Shown in pieces: positions 1 to 9,489 of a DNA stretch of 41,711 nt. Position numbers and translations under genes: made by a program. Source of the DNA: Nemertoderma westbladi (Eukaryota; Animalia; Xenacoelomorpha); contig JAUCBJ010001322.1 in assembly GCA_032718475.1 (NCBI GenBank), forward strand, positions 1-41,711. The letters are read 5' to 3'. A model generated the notes under the pieces. It made no database searches, was not told the DNA's origin, and saw nothing but the letters and a program-made list of their open reading frames with translations. Numbering within the stretch: position 1 is the stretch's first letter; each line of letters opens with the position of its first letter.

Positions 1-255
1 CCAATCCCCCCCCCCCCCCCCCCCCCACTGTCTCAAAAGTATATCATTATTGGTAACAGCCAGTGGGTTTACATGTAAGGGTAATTATAAAAGTATATCA
101 TCGGTATAGCCGTACCGCCACTACGCCGTTATAATTAATTAGACAATAATTGTGATAGGCCGCGACCTGCCGACTGGGTGCGAGACCATTAGTCGCCAAA
201 AACGGGTCGAATGGGATTTGCGTCGAGTTTCCCCCCCTGTCTCTTAGTTTTATAC
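1..255. mobile_element. Fragments of the terminal sequence of the MITE-like family seen at 3511-3773
   Basis: 217-254 (tttgcgtcgagtttccccccctgtctcttagttttata) closely matches 3723-3760 (tttgcgtccagttttcc...cctgtctcgagttttata). Positions 1-35 (cca-at-polyC-actgtctc) resemble the same end. Confidence 0.5.
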
Positions 256-1097
256 ATTATTATGCAGTATTTCAATTTAAGATTTTAATGTAAACTTTTT
301 GTACTTTTTGTACTTTACTGTTATATTTGGCTGAATATGATTTATGTATTAAATCGAAACGTTCCACTTATTTAATAATGGCATTTTTTTAATTAGCGCT
401 TGTAATATAAATTTTACTACGATTACGATATCCAACTGGGACTTCATTAATATCCCTGGCTGTGTTTTGACTCTATCACAGTTTATGAGGCGGCTAGGAT
501 TTCTACACCAGGAACCGGCAAAGCATACCCCCTTTGTTAACTCATACCAAAAATACATTAATTATACTCTAGGCCTACCTTCTGTTGCACTCTGTACCCT
601 TGTTCTGACTACCCAGGAGCAATTCTAGCAGACAGTTATTTAGGAAAGGCAATTAGTGGTAAAATAAAATGTATAATGTAACGTAAACCTACATCCAGAT
701 TTCATAAAATCGTATCATCACAGGAAGCTTAGCCTGCAGGCAAATAAATACACAGACACAGTAATGAGAAAATTATACGTGCAGTAATAATTTGGTATAA
801 ACCAAATTATAATACAAATTATAATTTGGTATTAAATAAATTGTAACCATGGTTGGAGCTCTCTAATAAACCATTAATCACGAGTTGTTTACCCGGAAAT
901 TATTAATTTATACATTGTTTTCCCGGATTCCATGAATGAAATTATAACTAATTAAATTATAACCATACTGTATGGTACTCATGGACAGGCCATCATGTAT
1001 CAATGAAGTAACATAGCTACTAGCTTCGTGCCACAATGCGATAGCTAGTATCGGCAGGCTACTAGATGTTGGCCGCGGCTCGTAGCGACTAGCTATT

Positions 1098-2203
1098 TGA
1101 GGACACTGCCATCCCGGTTTCCATGAAGACCACACAGCTATCTGCAATGGTTCCTCGTCTATTATTATCTGAGACACTGCCATCCCGTTTCCATGAAACA
1201 CACAGCTATCTGCAATGGTTCCTCGTCTATTATTATCTGAGACACTGCCATCCCGGTTTCCATGAAACACACAGCTATCTGCAATGGTTCCTCGTCTATT
1301 ATTATCTGAGACACTGCCATCCCGGTTTCCATGAAACACACAGCTATCTGCAATGGTTCCTCGTCTATTTTTATCTGAGACACTGCCATCCCGGTTTCCA
1401 TGAAACACACAGCTATCTGCAATGGTTCCTCGTCTATTATTATCTGAGACACTGCCATCCCGGTTTCCATGAAACACACAGCTATCTGCAATGGTTCCTC
1501 GTCTATTTTTATCTGAGACACTGCCATCCCGGTTTCCATGAAACACACAGCTATCTGCAATGGTTCCTCGTCTATTATTATCTGAGACACTGCCATCCCG
1601 GTTTCCATGAAACACACAGCTATCTGCAATGGTTCCTCGTCTATTATTATCTGAGACACTGCCATCCCGGTTTCCATGAAACACACAGCTATCTGCAATG
1701 GATCCTCGTCTATTATTATCTGAGACACTGCCATCCCGTTTCCATGAAACACACAGCTATCTGCAATGGTTCCTCGTCTATTATTATCTGAGACACTGCC
1801 ATCCCGGTTTCCATGAAACACACAGCTATCTGCAATGGATCCTCGTCTATTATTATCTGAGACACTGCCATCCCGGTTTCCATGAAACACACAGCTATCT
1901 GCAATGGATCCTCGTCTATTATTATCTGAGACACTGCCATCCCGGTTTCCATGAAACACACAGCTATCTGCAATGGATCCTCGTCTATTATTATCTGAGA
2001 CACTGCCATCCCGGTTTCCATGAAACACACAGCTATCTGCAATGGATCCTCGTATATTATTATCTGAGACACTGCCATCCCGGTTTCCATGAAACACACA
2101 GCTATCTGCAATGGATCCTCGTCTATTATTATCTGAGACACTGCCATCCCGGTTTCCATGAAACACACAGCTATCTGCAATGGATCCTCGTCTATTATTA
2201 TCT
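1098..2203. repeat. 69-bp minisatellite, ~16 copies
   Basis: Unit is gagacactgccatcccggtttccatgaaacacacagctatctgcaatgg(t/a)tcctcgtctattattatct. The ORF track shows matching 23-aa periodicity. Two copies (starting 1171 and 1722) carry a 1-bp deletion. Confidence 0.98.
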
Positions 2204-2609
2204 CAGTTTTGTATCTTTCAGTTAATTTCCATCATTTATAAGAAGGGATATGTACAGCTTGCCAACACATTGTTACTATCAATTTCCACCATCACATATT
2301 ATATAAAAAGTTTTCAAGGCTTACTTTAATTTTTAATTGAGGATGTGGCACTTACCAGATTCGGACCCCACACGCGTTGTTCTAGAACAAAATGTAATGT
2401 TCTAGAACAATTTTTTTAAATAAATAGATAAAATTTAGTAGAACATTTTCAAAAAGGTAACAAAAATAAGTAGGCCTTATCTCCTTGGTGTAGTGGTTAA
2501 ATCAGTTGCATTGAATTCACATCAATCTGGTGGTCAAATATTATAGCCCATGTATGCCATATTCCGGTTATAACTTTTTGTTGGGCACAGCTTTTGCAAA
2601 GTCGGCAAT

Positions 2610-2682
2610 GACGTCCAGGTGGGATCGAACTTGTGACCTCTGGGTTGGAAGTCTGACGCTCTAACCATTCAGCTAGCGGCTC
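2610..2682 (-). mobile_element. tRNA-derived SINE head or tRNA pseudogene
   Basis: Minus strand reads gagccgc-TAGCTGAATGG-ttagagcgtcagacttccaacccagaggtcacaa-GTTCGATCC-cacctggacgtc. The A and B boxes are at tRNA spacing, but the acceptor and anticodon stems pair poorly, so this is not a functional tRNA. Confidence 0.7.
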
Positions 2683-2881
2683 ATGTAAAAGATAGACCTG
2701 GAAATACTATCTTACTTACTCATACTTCCTCATGGCCTCCCCTATTCCTCTGGGGGAGTATAGTTCTGGAGGTTGTGGTTGTGTAGAGAAAATGATGAGA
2801 CAGGATACACTATATGAAATATATAGCGTGGCATGTAAAGTCGGGATCCCGAGATACTAACTACTAATTTTGAACGTACTA

Positions 2882-2980
2882 ATTACGTGGGAAAAAAGGT
2901 AGAACGGTTTTATTTCAAAATTATTAAAAATTTATTAATAATATTGAACTAAAAATGTTTTGCCTGTTTTCCCACGTAAT
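2882..2980. mobile_element. Short palindromic MITE-like element with a 14-bp terminal inverted repeat
   Basis: attacgtgggaaaa (2882-2895) and ttttcccacgtaat (2967-2980) form a perfect inverted repeat. The left end (attacgtgggaaaaaaggtagaac) resembles the left ends at 9301 and 10026. Confidence 0.6.
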
Positions 2981-3510
2981 AACGAAATTTCATTCTTAAG
3001 TGACTTATATTTTGTAGTTTAATTCTTTTTAATAAAAGTTAAAATAGTGTTAAAAATAAATTTAACTCAGTATTTTACTAAATTGCTTCCATTAGTTACT
3101 GCGATTCCAATTATTGTAAACTTCAACTCCGGGGCCACATCTCCGCTTTACTCAATGTTAAATAATTGAATGTTCTGGAATATTTATGTTGTAAGTAGAG
3201 AGCTATTATAATACTAAACTAAAATAGTAAAAAATAATATACTAAAAACCATGCTGGATATTGAGCACAGCGATCGTGAGTAAAGGACTCGCAAAGGTGG
3301 AAGTTAGACAGTAAAAATTGTGAATACACCACAACACACCTTAATATAGTGTCATTTACTGATGACAACCCCCCCCCCCCCAAATTTTTTATACAAATCG
3401 TCACCATTATAGCTTGAAATTTGAAACCCAACTAGTTCAACTTACCGTCAATGTTACCATGAAGCGAGAATTTTCGAAATTGCCTGTACATTTTTAGAAA
3501 CCTTTGTATT

Positions 3511-3773
3511 CATTGTATGAGTTTTACAGATAGGGGGGGGGGGGGGGGGGGGGACTGGACGCAATAAAAATTCATCCCTCTCCAGGGGAAATTCGTCGCA
3601 AATAATAGCTGAATACTCTCTAAAATAAAACTGTAACCTATTCTATTGTATTTAGTTTATTGATCCTTTCCCTAAATTGAGAATTTAACATTGAGGCGGG
3701 ATATTAATTCGCCAAGGCGGGTTTTGCGTCCAGTTTTCCCCCCCTGTCTCGAGTTTTATAAACTCATACAATG
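3511..3773. mobile_element. MITE-like non-autonomous DNA transposon with long imperfect TIRs
   Basis: The left end cattgtatgagttt...polyG-actggacgcaa is the reverse complement of the right end ttgcgtccagt..polyC...aaactcatacaatg. The outer 14 bp are a perfect inverted repeat. No coding capacity. Confidence 0.75.
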
Positions 3774-4002
3774 GAGTAGTTCTGTCGGCACAGCATATAA
3801 CGTATAATCAACGACTTCTATCAAATAACGAAGATAACATAGCAAACAAGCCGGTAATGCAGTAATCACCCAACAACCGGTACACCCAGGCAACAGGTAA
3901 AACTACATAGGATACGTAGGATACTACTGGCGCCGGCGCAAAGAGGTTCCTTTCATCTTCTTCTCTTTACTTACACAGGGCGACTTAACGAAATAATAAC
4001 CA

Positions 4003-4338
4003 TTAATATATACAGTAATATAATACATATAATAATTAATATATAATATAATACATATAATACATATAATAATTAATATATAATATATATAACAATTAAT
4101 ATATAATATAATACATATAATAATTAATATATAATATAATACATATAATAATTAATATATAATATATATAACAATATATATAAATATAATAAATATAAAT
4201 ATAATTTAATAATTAATATATAATATATATAACAATATATATAAATATAATAAATATAAATATAATTTAATAATTAATATATAAATATAATATATATAAT
4301 AAATAATATATAAATATAATATATATAATAATTAATAT
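4003..4338. repeat. AT-only low-complexity, degenerate microsatellite
   Basis: Almost entirely A/T, with recurring taattaatatataatatataat-like motifs. Confidence 0.95.
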
Positions 4339-4368
4339 ACGCTGGTCAGCTGTGGGGTCCCCTCTATT

Positions 4369-4790
4369 TTGGAACCCTCGGGCCTCTGCAGGAACGACTG
4401 GAAGAGGGTCGACGGGGTTATACTTGTACTGTGGTCCCAGGGTAGAACACTCATTTGGGACGCCATAATGGTGGACCCACTCGCCCCCAGTCACCTCCAG
4501 CAGACCCTCATAGTTAGGGGGCGCACAGCAGAAGGAGCCGGGCGGGGGAAGAATGAGACCTATAGCGAGGTGATGGAGCGCGGCCATATATTCTATCCAG
4601 CGGCTTTCGGGACACTCGGCCGCCCTGGTCCGGAGACATCCACCTTCCTCCGAGAGATCGGCTCCCGCCTACACAAAATCACGCAGGAACCCCGCTCCAA
4701 CAGGTTCCTTCAGCAGCGGATCCTGGTAGCCATCCTCGTTGGCAACGCCGCTTCCGTCATGGTTACAGCTGGCCCATCCCCCGGCAGCCT
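4369..4790 (+). pseudogene. C-terminal restriction-like endonuclease domain of a CRE-clade non-LTR retrotransposon (5'-truncated, degenerate)
   Basis: Translation EPSGLCRNDWKRVDG...WSQGRTLIWD...DPLAPS...K..Y...FYPAAFGTLG...FLREIGSRL...EPRS..FLQQRI..AI..GNAASV follows the CRE RLE consensus as I recall it (EPxGLxRxDGKRPDG..W..GKxLxWD..FLxQRxSxAxQRGNAAS). The segment is GC-rich compared with its flanks. Confidence 0.8.
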
Positions 4791-5111
4791 CGTTGGCAAC
4801 GCCGCTTCCGTCATGGTTACAGCTGGCCCATTCCCCGGCGGCCTCGTTGGCAACGCCGCTTCCGTCATGGTTACAGCTGGCCCATCCCCCGGCGGCCTCG
4901 TTGGCAACGCCGCTTCCGTCATGGTTACAGCTGGCCCATCCCCCGGCGGCCTCGTTGGCAACGCCGCTTCCGTCATGGTTACAGCTGGCCCATCCCCCGG
5001 CGGCCTCGTTGGCAACGTCGCCTCCGTCATGCTACAGCTGGCCCATCCCCCGGCGGCCTCGTTGCCAATGCCGCTTCCGTCATGGCTACAGCTGGCCCAT
5101 CCCCCGGCGGC
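4734..5111. repeat. 54-bp GC-rich minisatellite, ~7 copies
   Basis: Unit is cctcgttggcaacgccgcttccgtcatggttacagctggcccatcccccggcgg, giving 18-aa periodicity (LVGNAASVMVTAGPSPGG). The last two copies have 1-bp deletions. Confidence 0.97.
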
Positions 5112-5179
5112 ATCTTTAACTGAGGGATGTTTGTATGTCCATCTTCAAAATGTCCAAAAATGGGACAAATCCTTCGAAT

Positions 5180-5287
5180 CCATGACTTTCTTGAGACACA
5201 TCTTAAAGGACACTGTCCTTGAAGATGCGGATGATCTAGCAAATGTCAGGGGTGATAGGGAGTTGTGGCGGCGCAATTCTATCGACA
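5180..5287 (+). mobile_element. Short 3'-end fragment of the RTE LINE family found at 10.2-12.6 kb
   Basis: High identity to 12454-12560, sharing ttcttgagac.catcttaaag, ccttgaagatgcggatgatctagcaaatg and gggtgatagggagttgtggcggcgcaatt. Confidence 0.9.
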
Positions 5288-5434
5288 GGTACGGGTAGTA
5301 AAAATTCTTTGACATGAAGTTGGTATGATATATCTTCACATTCTAGTTTAGCGATACGGTACATTCTTAAGTTTTTATATTATGGTTTTGTTCAGAAATG
5401 GAAAAAATGAGAAAGCGCGTCACCGGGGGTTGAA

Positions 5435-5484
5435 CCAGCGCTATACGTACGTTTCAGCCAATCAGGCCTCATCAGTAGCGCTAA
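5435..5484 (-). ncRNA. Type I hammerhead ribozyme, copy 1
   Basis: Minus strand reads ttagcgcta-CTGATGA-ggcc-tgatt-ggct-GAAA-cgtacg-TA-tagcgctgg. The core is intact and stems I and II pair. Confidence 0.85.
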
Positions 5485-5741
5485 CCAGTTCAGCCACTTG
5501 CCCCTGACATTCCCACCTAATCCACTTCTTTTGAACAGGCATCTTAAGTTGCATATCCTATCTGTATGTTAAGAGTGAAACAGGAGGGAAGTACAAATAA
5601 ATAAATATTCAGCTCGGTATTGCTGCCAGGTGATATTAATTAAATAAATTGGAGATGAGCTGTTGCAACTGTAATTAAAGGTGTCATATTATGGGTTTGT
5701 TCAGAAGTGGAAAAAATGGGAGCGCGTCACTGGGGGTTGAA

Positions 5742-5791
5742 CCAGCGCTATACGCACGTTTCAGCCTAACAGGCCTCATCAGTAGCGCTAA
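5742..5791 (-). ncRNA. Type I hammerhead ribozyme, copy 2
   Basis: Minus strand reads ttagcgcta-CTGATGA-ggcct-gtt-aggct-GAAA-cgtgcg-TA-tagcgctgg. The core is intact; changes are in loop II and the stem III centre. Confidence 0.8.
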
Positions 5792-6036
5792 CCAGTTAAG
5801 CCACTTGCCCCTGACATTCACTCTCCCACCTAATCCACTTCTATTGAACAGGGATCTTAAGTTGCATATCCGTTAAGAGTGAAACAGGAGGGAAATACAA
5901 ATAAATAAATATTCAGCTCGAGTAGTGCTGCCAGATGATATTAATTGAGTTGAGCTGTTTAGCAACTGTAATTAATTATATAATATTATGGTTTTGTTCA
6001 GAAATTGATATGAGAAATTGGTCACCGGGGGTTGAA

Positions 6037-6086
6037 CCAGCGCTATACGTACGTTTCGGCCTATCAGGCCTCATCTGTAGCGCTAA
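6037..6086 (-). ncRNA. Type I hammerhead ribozyme, copy 3, core-mutated (CAGATGA)
   Basis: Minus strand reads ttagcgcta-CAGATGA-ggcct-gat-aggcc-GAAA-cgtacg-TA-tagcgctgg. There is a U>A change in the conserved CUGANGA box. Confidence 0.7.
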
Positions 6087-6378
6087 CCAGTTCAGCCACT
6101 TGCTCCTGCACTTACTCTCCCATCTAATCCACTTCTATTGAACAGGGATCTTAAGTTGCATATCCGTTAAGAGTGAAACAGGAGGGAAATACAAATAAAT
6201 AAATATTCAGCTCGAGTAGTGCTGCCAGGTGATATTAATTGAGTTGAGCTGTTAATGCAACTGTAATTAAAGGTGTAATATTATGGTTTTGTTCAGAAAT
6301 GGAAAAAATGAGAAAGCGCGTCACCGGGGGTTGAACTCACTCTCCCACCTAATCCACTTCCGGTAGATCCGCTGTTAG

Positions 6379-6545
6379 AGATAGGATATGCAACTTAAGA
6401 CTGCCTGTTCAATAGAAGTGGATTAGGTGGGATGGTGAATGTCAGGGGCAAGTGTCTGAACTGGTTAGCGCTACTGATGAGGCCTGATAGGCTGAAACGT
6501 ACGTATAGCGCTGGTTCAACCCCCGGTGACGTGCTTTCTCATTTA
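6379..6545 (+). mobile_element. Inverted partial copy of the hammerhead repeat unit
   Basis: This is the reverse complement of about 5405-5563: agataggatatgcaacttaag...gtggattaggtggga...gaatgtcaggggcaag...ggttcaacccccggtgac.tgctttctcattt. Confidence 0.92.
6465..6514 (+). ncRNA. Type I hammerhead ribozyme, inverted copy
   Basis: ttagcgcta (6465-73), CTGATGA (6474-80), ggcct-gat-aggct, GAAA (6494-97), cgtacg, TA, tagcgctgg (6506-14). Predicted cleavage is after GUA at 6505. Confidence 0.87.
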
Positions 6546-6779
6546 TTATATTTCTGATGATATATTATATTATTATATGATATTATATTATATGATTATA
6601 TAAATTTGGAATCTTCCATAATGATTTTGGTCAAGTATGCAAGTGTTTCGGAAACGTGTTGCAGAGAGCCTTGCTTAGCATCAGTGGTATTATGATGGGC
6701 TCAAGATGAGACACGATGTATTTCTTATATTTTTGAGTTTGGTCCTAGGGATGCCTTACTGAAATTAAAGCAAGACATG

Positions 6780-7230
6780 TTTCTTTTGCCTTTTTTACTT
6801 CTGTCTTCCAATTGAGATGGTGTTGGTGTGAAAGTGAATTTCGTAATGACAGGTACATGCTTATCTAGTGTTTCTGTTATGATATGATCGATGTAGCTTT
6901 CTCGGATTACCTACGGTAGCCGATTTGAAGCAGTAAGTACACTGTGGGCCTGTTCCTTTGTTTGTCAATCGATCAGTGACAATCATGTTATAGCCATCTA
7001 GAACCATATTGTTGAAGATGGTACCGAATTCAGAAGTGTACTGTGAACCTCAAAGGTATGATTCCTTGACTGAAATAGAACCCTTAATGTCACCAACCAA
7101 AATAGTTCTAAAACACATACTGTCACTACTGTCATCTTCTTCTCAGAGGTATCTTTGATAGTGTCTCAATTCTATTACATGACTGCTTGAAGTCAAAAGG
7201 AATGCATGTCCCAATAACCATGACGTCCAT
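6780..7230 (-). pseudogene. Decayed AP-endonuclease region of a non-LTR retrotransposon (L2/CR1-like)
   Basis: Hand translation of the minus strand gives, in the expected order, VMVIGTCIPF (~7200-7225), TILVGDIK (7083-7106), SYIDHII (6878-6898) and LDKHVP. These resemble the APE motifs xxxGxYxP, GDFN and IDH and the downstream LDKHAP. The frames are broken. Confidence 0.45.
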
Positions 7231-9300
7231 CCCTTATCCAGCGGATAAGGGATGCCTGATTTCCGGTTACAGATACATGATTTCCGGCTTCAGATGCATT
7301 TTTGGCAGAACTCAACACAATTACTATATTTTATATTTAACTGGTTATGTATTCATTAAATGTATTAAATTATAAATATAAATATAAATTATATAGATGA
7401 GAATATATGCAATATTTTAGTGATAATTAATAGTTTTGACTAATGAATGAAAAAAATATAATAACCATGAGTTTCAAAATGAGGTTGAAAAAGGCCGGGA
7501 AATAATTGTTGCTACGATTCTGTCACTTTGAACATTAACTGCAGTGCAGAATTGGTTGAGATTGTCCTTTTTGAGGAGTGCAATACCCCCCTCACCAGTA
7601 TCAATACTATCGGCATAAGGTAAGTTTTAATATTTATTAAAAATTGGGACGCCTCCACACCTAAAATATATTACTTTTAAAAAACAAATTTCCTGCCTTT
7701 CATCAATCCTCTGTGTGCCTATTGGTTGGGGTGGTGCAGATTAAGAGGGCGGTTGAAGGGGGGAACTTTCCCCTCTTCTTTAATTTATTGACGGTTTGGT
7801 TAAATTTCTTAAATGCCGATTTTGTGATAGAATTGCTCAAATATAATTTGTATCTAATAACTGAGCCGCGTGCTGCGCGAAGGCCCCACGAACGTGTACG
7901 TACTTATTTGCAAATAGTTGCGCTGTGGTTCCTGTCGTCTTTCAGACACTTGGTTGTCCTTTACCTTCTACGGGAGTCCCTAGTATCAGGGTGTCTGATT
8001 CAGACTGCCTGACTATTTACTAATTTTTTAACAATAATGCAAGATTATTGTTATGAAATTAAAATAAACTTACTATTAGTTTCGCATCTAGAAAACTAAC
8101 CATTCTTTATTCTCAACAGCGGTATAGCTATTTTACCCAGGAATTCAGGAAGCTTGTGTTTGTCTTCATCAAATACTGTTATCTCTAATATCGAATGAAT
8201 ATCTTTAACTTTTCTGCAAAATTAAAATAAATTTGATACTTTAATTGCTACCTTTGGTTCATAATTTACTCCAAAAACTGGGAGAAAGTCATTTTTCCCA
8301 TAAGGAAAACGTGGCCATGTGAAGTCTACCAGATTTTCTTCACTTTTCATTCGAAATTTAATTGAAATTGTATATATCTAAGAATCTGTATATTTTGATT
8401 TATACTTATTAAGTGTTTTCTATCTTATAACCTGCGCTGATACTAATTCGTTTATTGTTTTGGTTATTTAGATTCATTATGTATTATGTACTTATGTAAC
8501 CTTAGTGGAAACCTGCATTCTTCACATGGGGTAAACTTCAAAGTGAAATATAACAGCAGAAATTACCCCCAAGAGTAATTAACTCCCAATTGAAGATTAA
8601 TGCATTTCACTTTATTCCCAACGCAAAAGTTAAATAAAGAAAGGTTGAAATATTTTTGGTGGAATTTTTAAAATTGGATTGAAATCCTATCGGATCAGAG
8701 GGTTGATTACCTAGGCTGTCATTAAAATTCCCCCCTGAAGTTTTGGGAAGCCGTTTTACACAAAACAAGGAAATGAATGTATCAATTCCTGCACCAGGGT
8801 TCATAAAAAATATGGTATGTTTCAAAAATATATAATACCTGAAATGAGGTGCATCCTAAGACTTCCTTCCAATAACAATTAAAAGCAAATAACAATAGAA
8901 GGCCTAATGATACTTACAGTGTAAATACCTTTCCCCACTCTGGGTTTAACGTTTTGTAGATTGTTTGTGTCTGAGCTCTGGTGTTTACCATCTCTAGCAC
9001 GCAGAAAGGGTCGCTTTTCCCGCCAATATCAGCGGAGATTAGATTGGAAGCCTTGAGTACTTTTACAGTTAGATGACCAATATTGAACACATCGGAGAGC
9101 GTAAACCACAGACTCTAAAATCAAAGAAATAAAAAAAATAAACCATCAACACTGGAGCTTGGAGCACCATGGTGGGTCAAATTATTATCAGTATAGAATA
9201 ATAACTAGTTCTTGCTGGCTTTCTAGTTCTTTTCCGCCGAGGAAAAAATGCTTTTACTATTTCGAGGAAATGTGGAATATAATAAGGACTAAATAATTAT

Positions 9301-9489
9301 TTATTACATGGGGAAAAAAGTATAACTTTTTTTCACTATTCTCGAGGCATTTTATTTACCGAGCGCCAGCGAGGTTAATATAGGGTCGAGAGAATATTGA
9401 AAAAAAATGTTCTACGTATATTTTTCCACGGGTTTCGCTCAGATTGTACAAAATTGTCTACTTGGATGCTGTTTTAACCCGTGTAATAA
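9301..9489. mobile_element. Palindromic non-autonomous element, copy A
   Basis: Ends are ttattacatggg and cccgtgtaataa. Internal arms are tattctcga and tcgagagaata around a central ccgagcgccagcgagg. The first ~115 bp are near-identical to 10026-10140. Confidence 0.75.

Larger units (their letters stand above)
5377..6360 (-). mobile_element. Tandem ~300-bp hammerhead-containing repeat (non-LTR retrozyme or Penelope pLTR-like): 3 full units plus 1 deleted unit
   Basis: Units start with atattatgg at about 5377, 5686, 5983 and 6278. The first three each contain a hammerhead motif on the minus strand. In the fourth, a deletion joins ttgaac to tcactctcc and removes the ribozyme. Confidence 0.85.

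Noticed and set aside
908-2225. Five long ORFs as protein-coding genes
   Set aside because: They are overlapping read-throughs of a 69-bp repeat on both strands, broken by the same 1-bp deletions, with no recognisable domain.
2610-2682. Functional tRNA-Gly(TCC)
   Set aside because: The acceptor, anticodon and T stems pair poorly, so a SINE head or pseudogene fits better.
3225-3262. Inverted homolog of the 69-bp unit (both translate WFLVYY)
   Set aside because: The match is short, AT-rich and only moderately identical, so chance cannot be excluded.
5691-6141. Paralogous small peptides (GVEPALY.RF)
   Set aside because: They are antisense translations of the hammerhead repeat, and the frames are not conserved between units.
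7713-8825. Short ORFs at 7713-8012 and 8607-8825 as host exons
   Set aside because: No recognisable motifs, low-complexity composition and no supportable splice structure.
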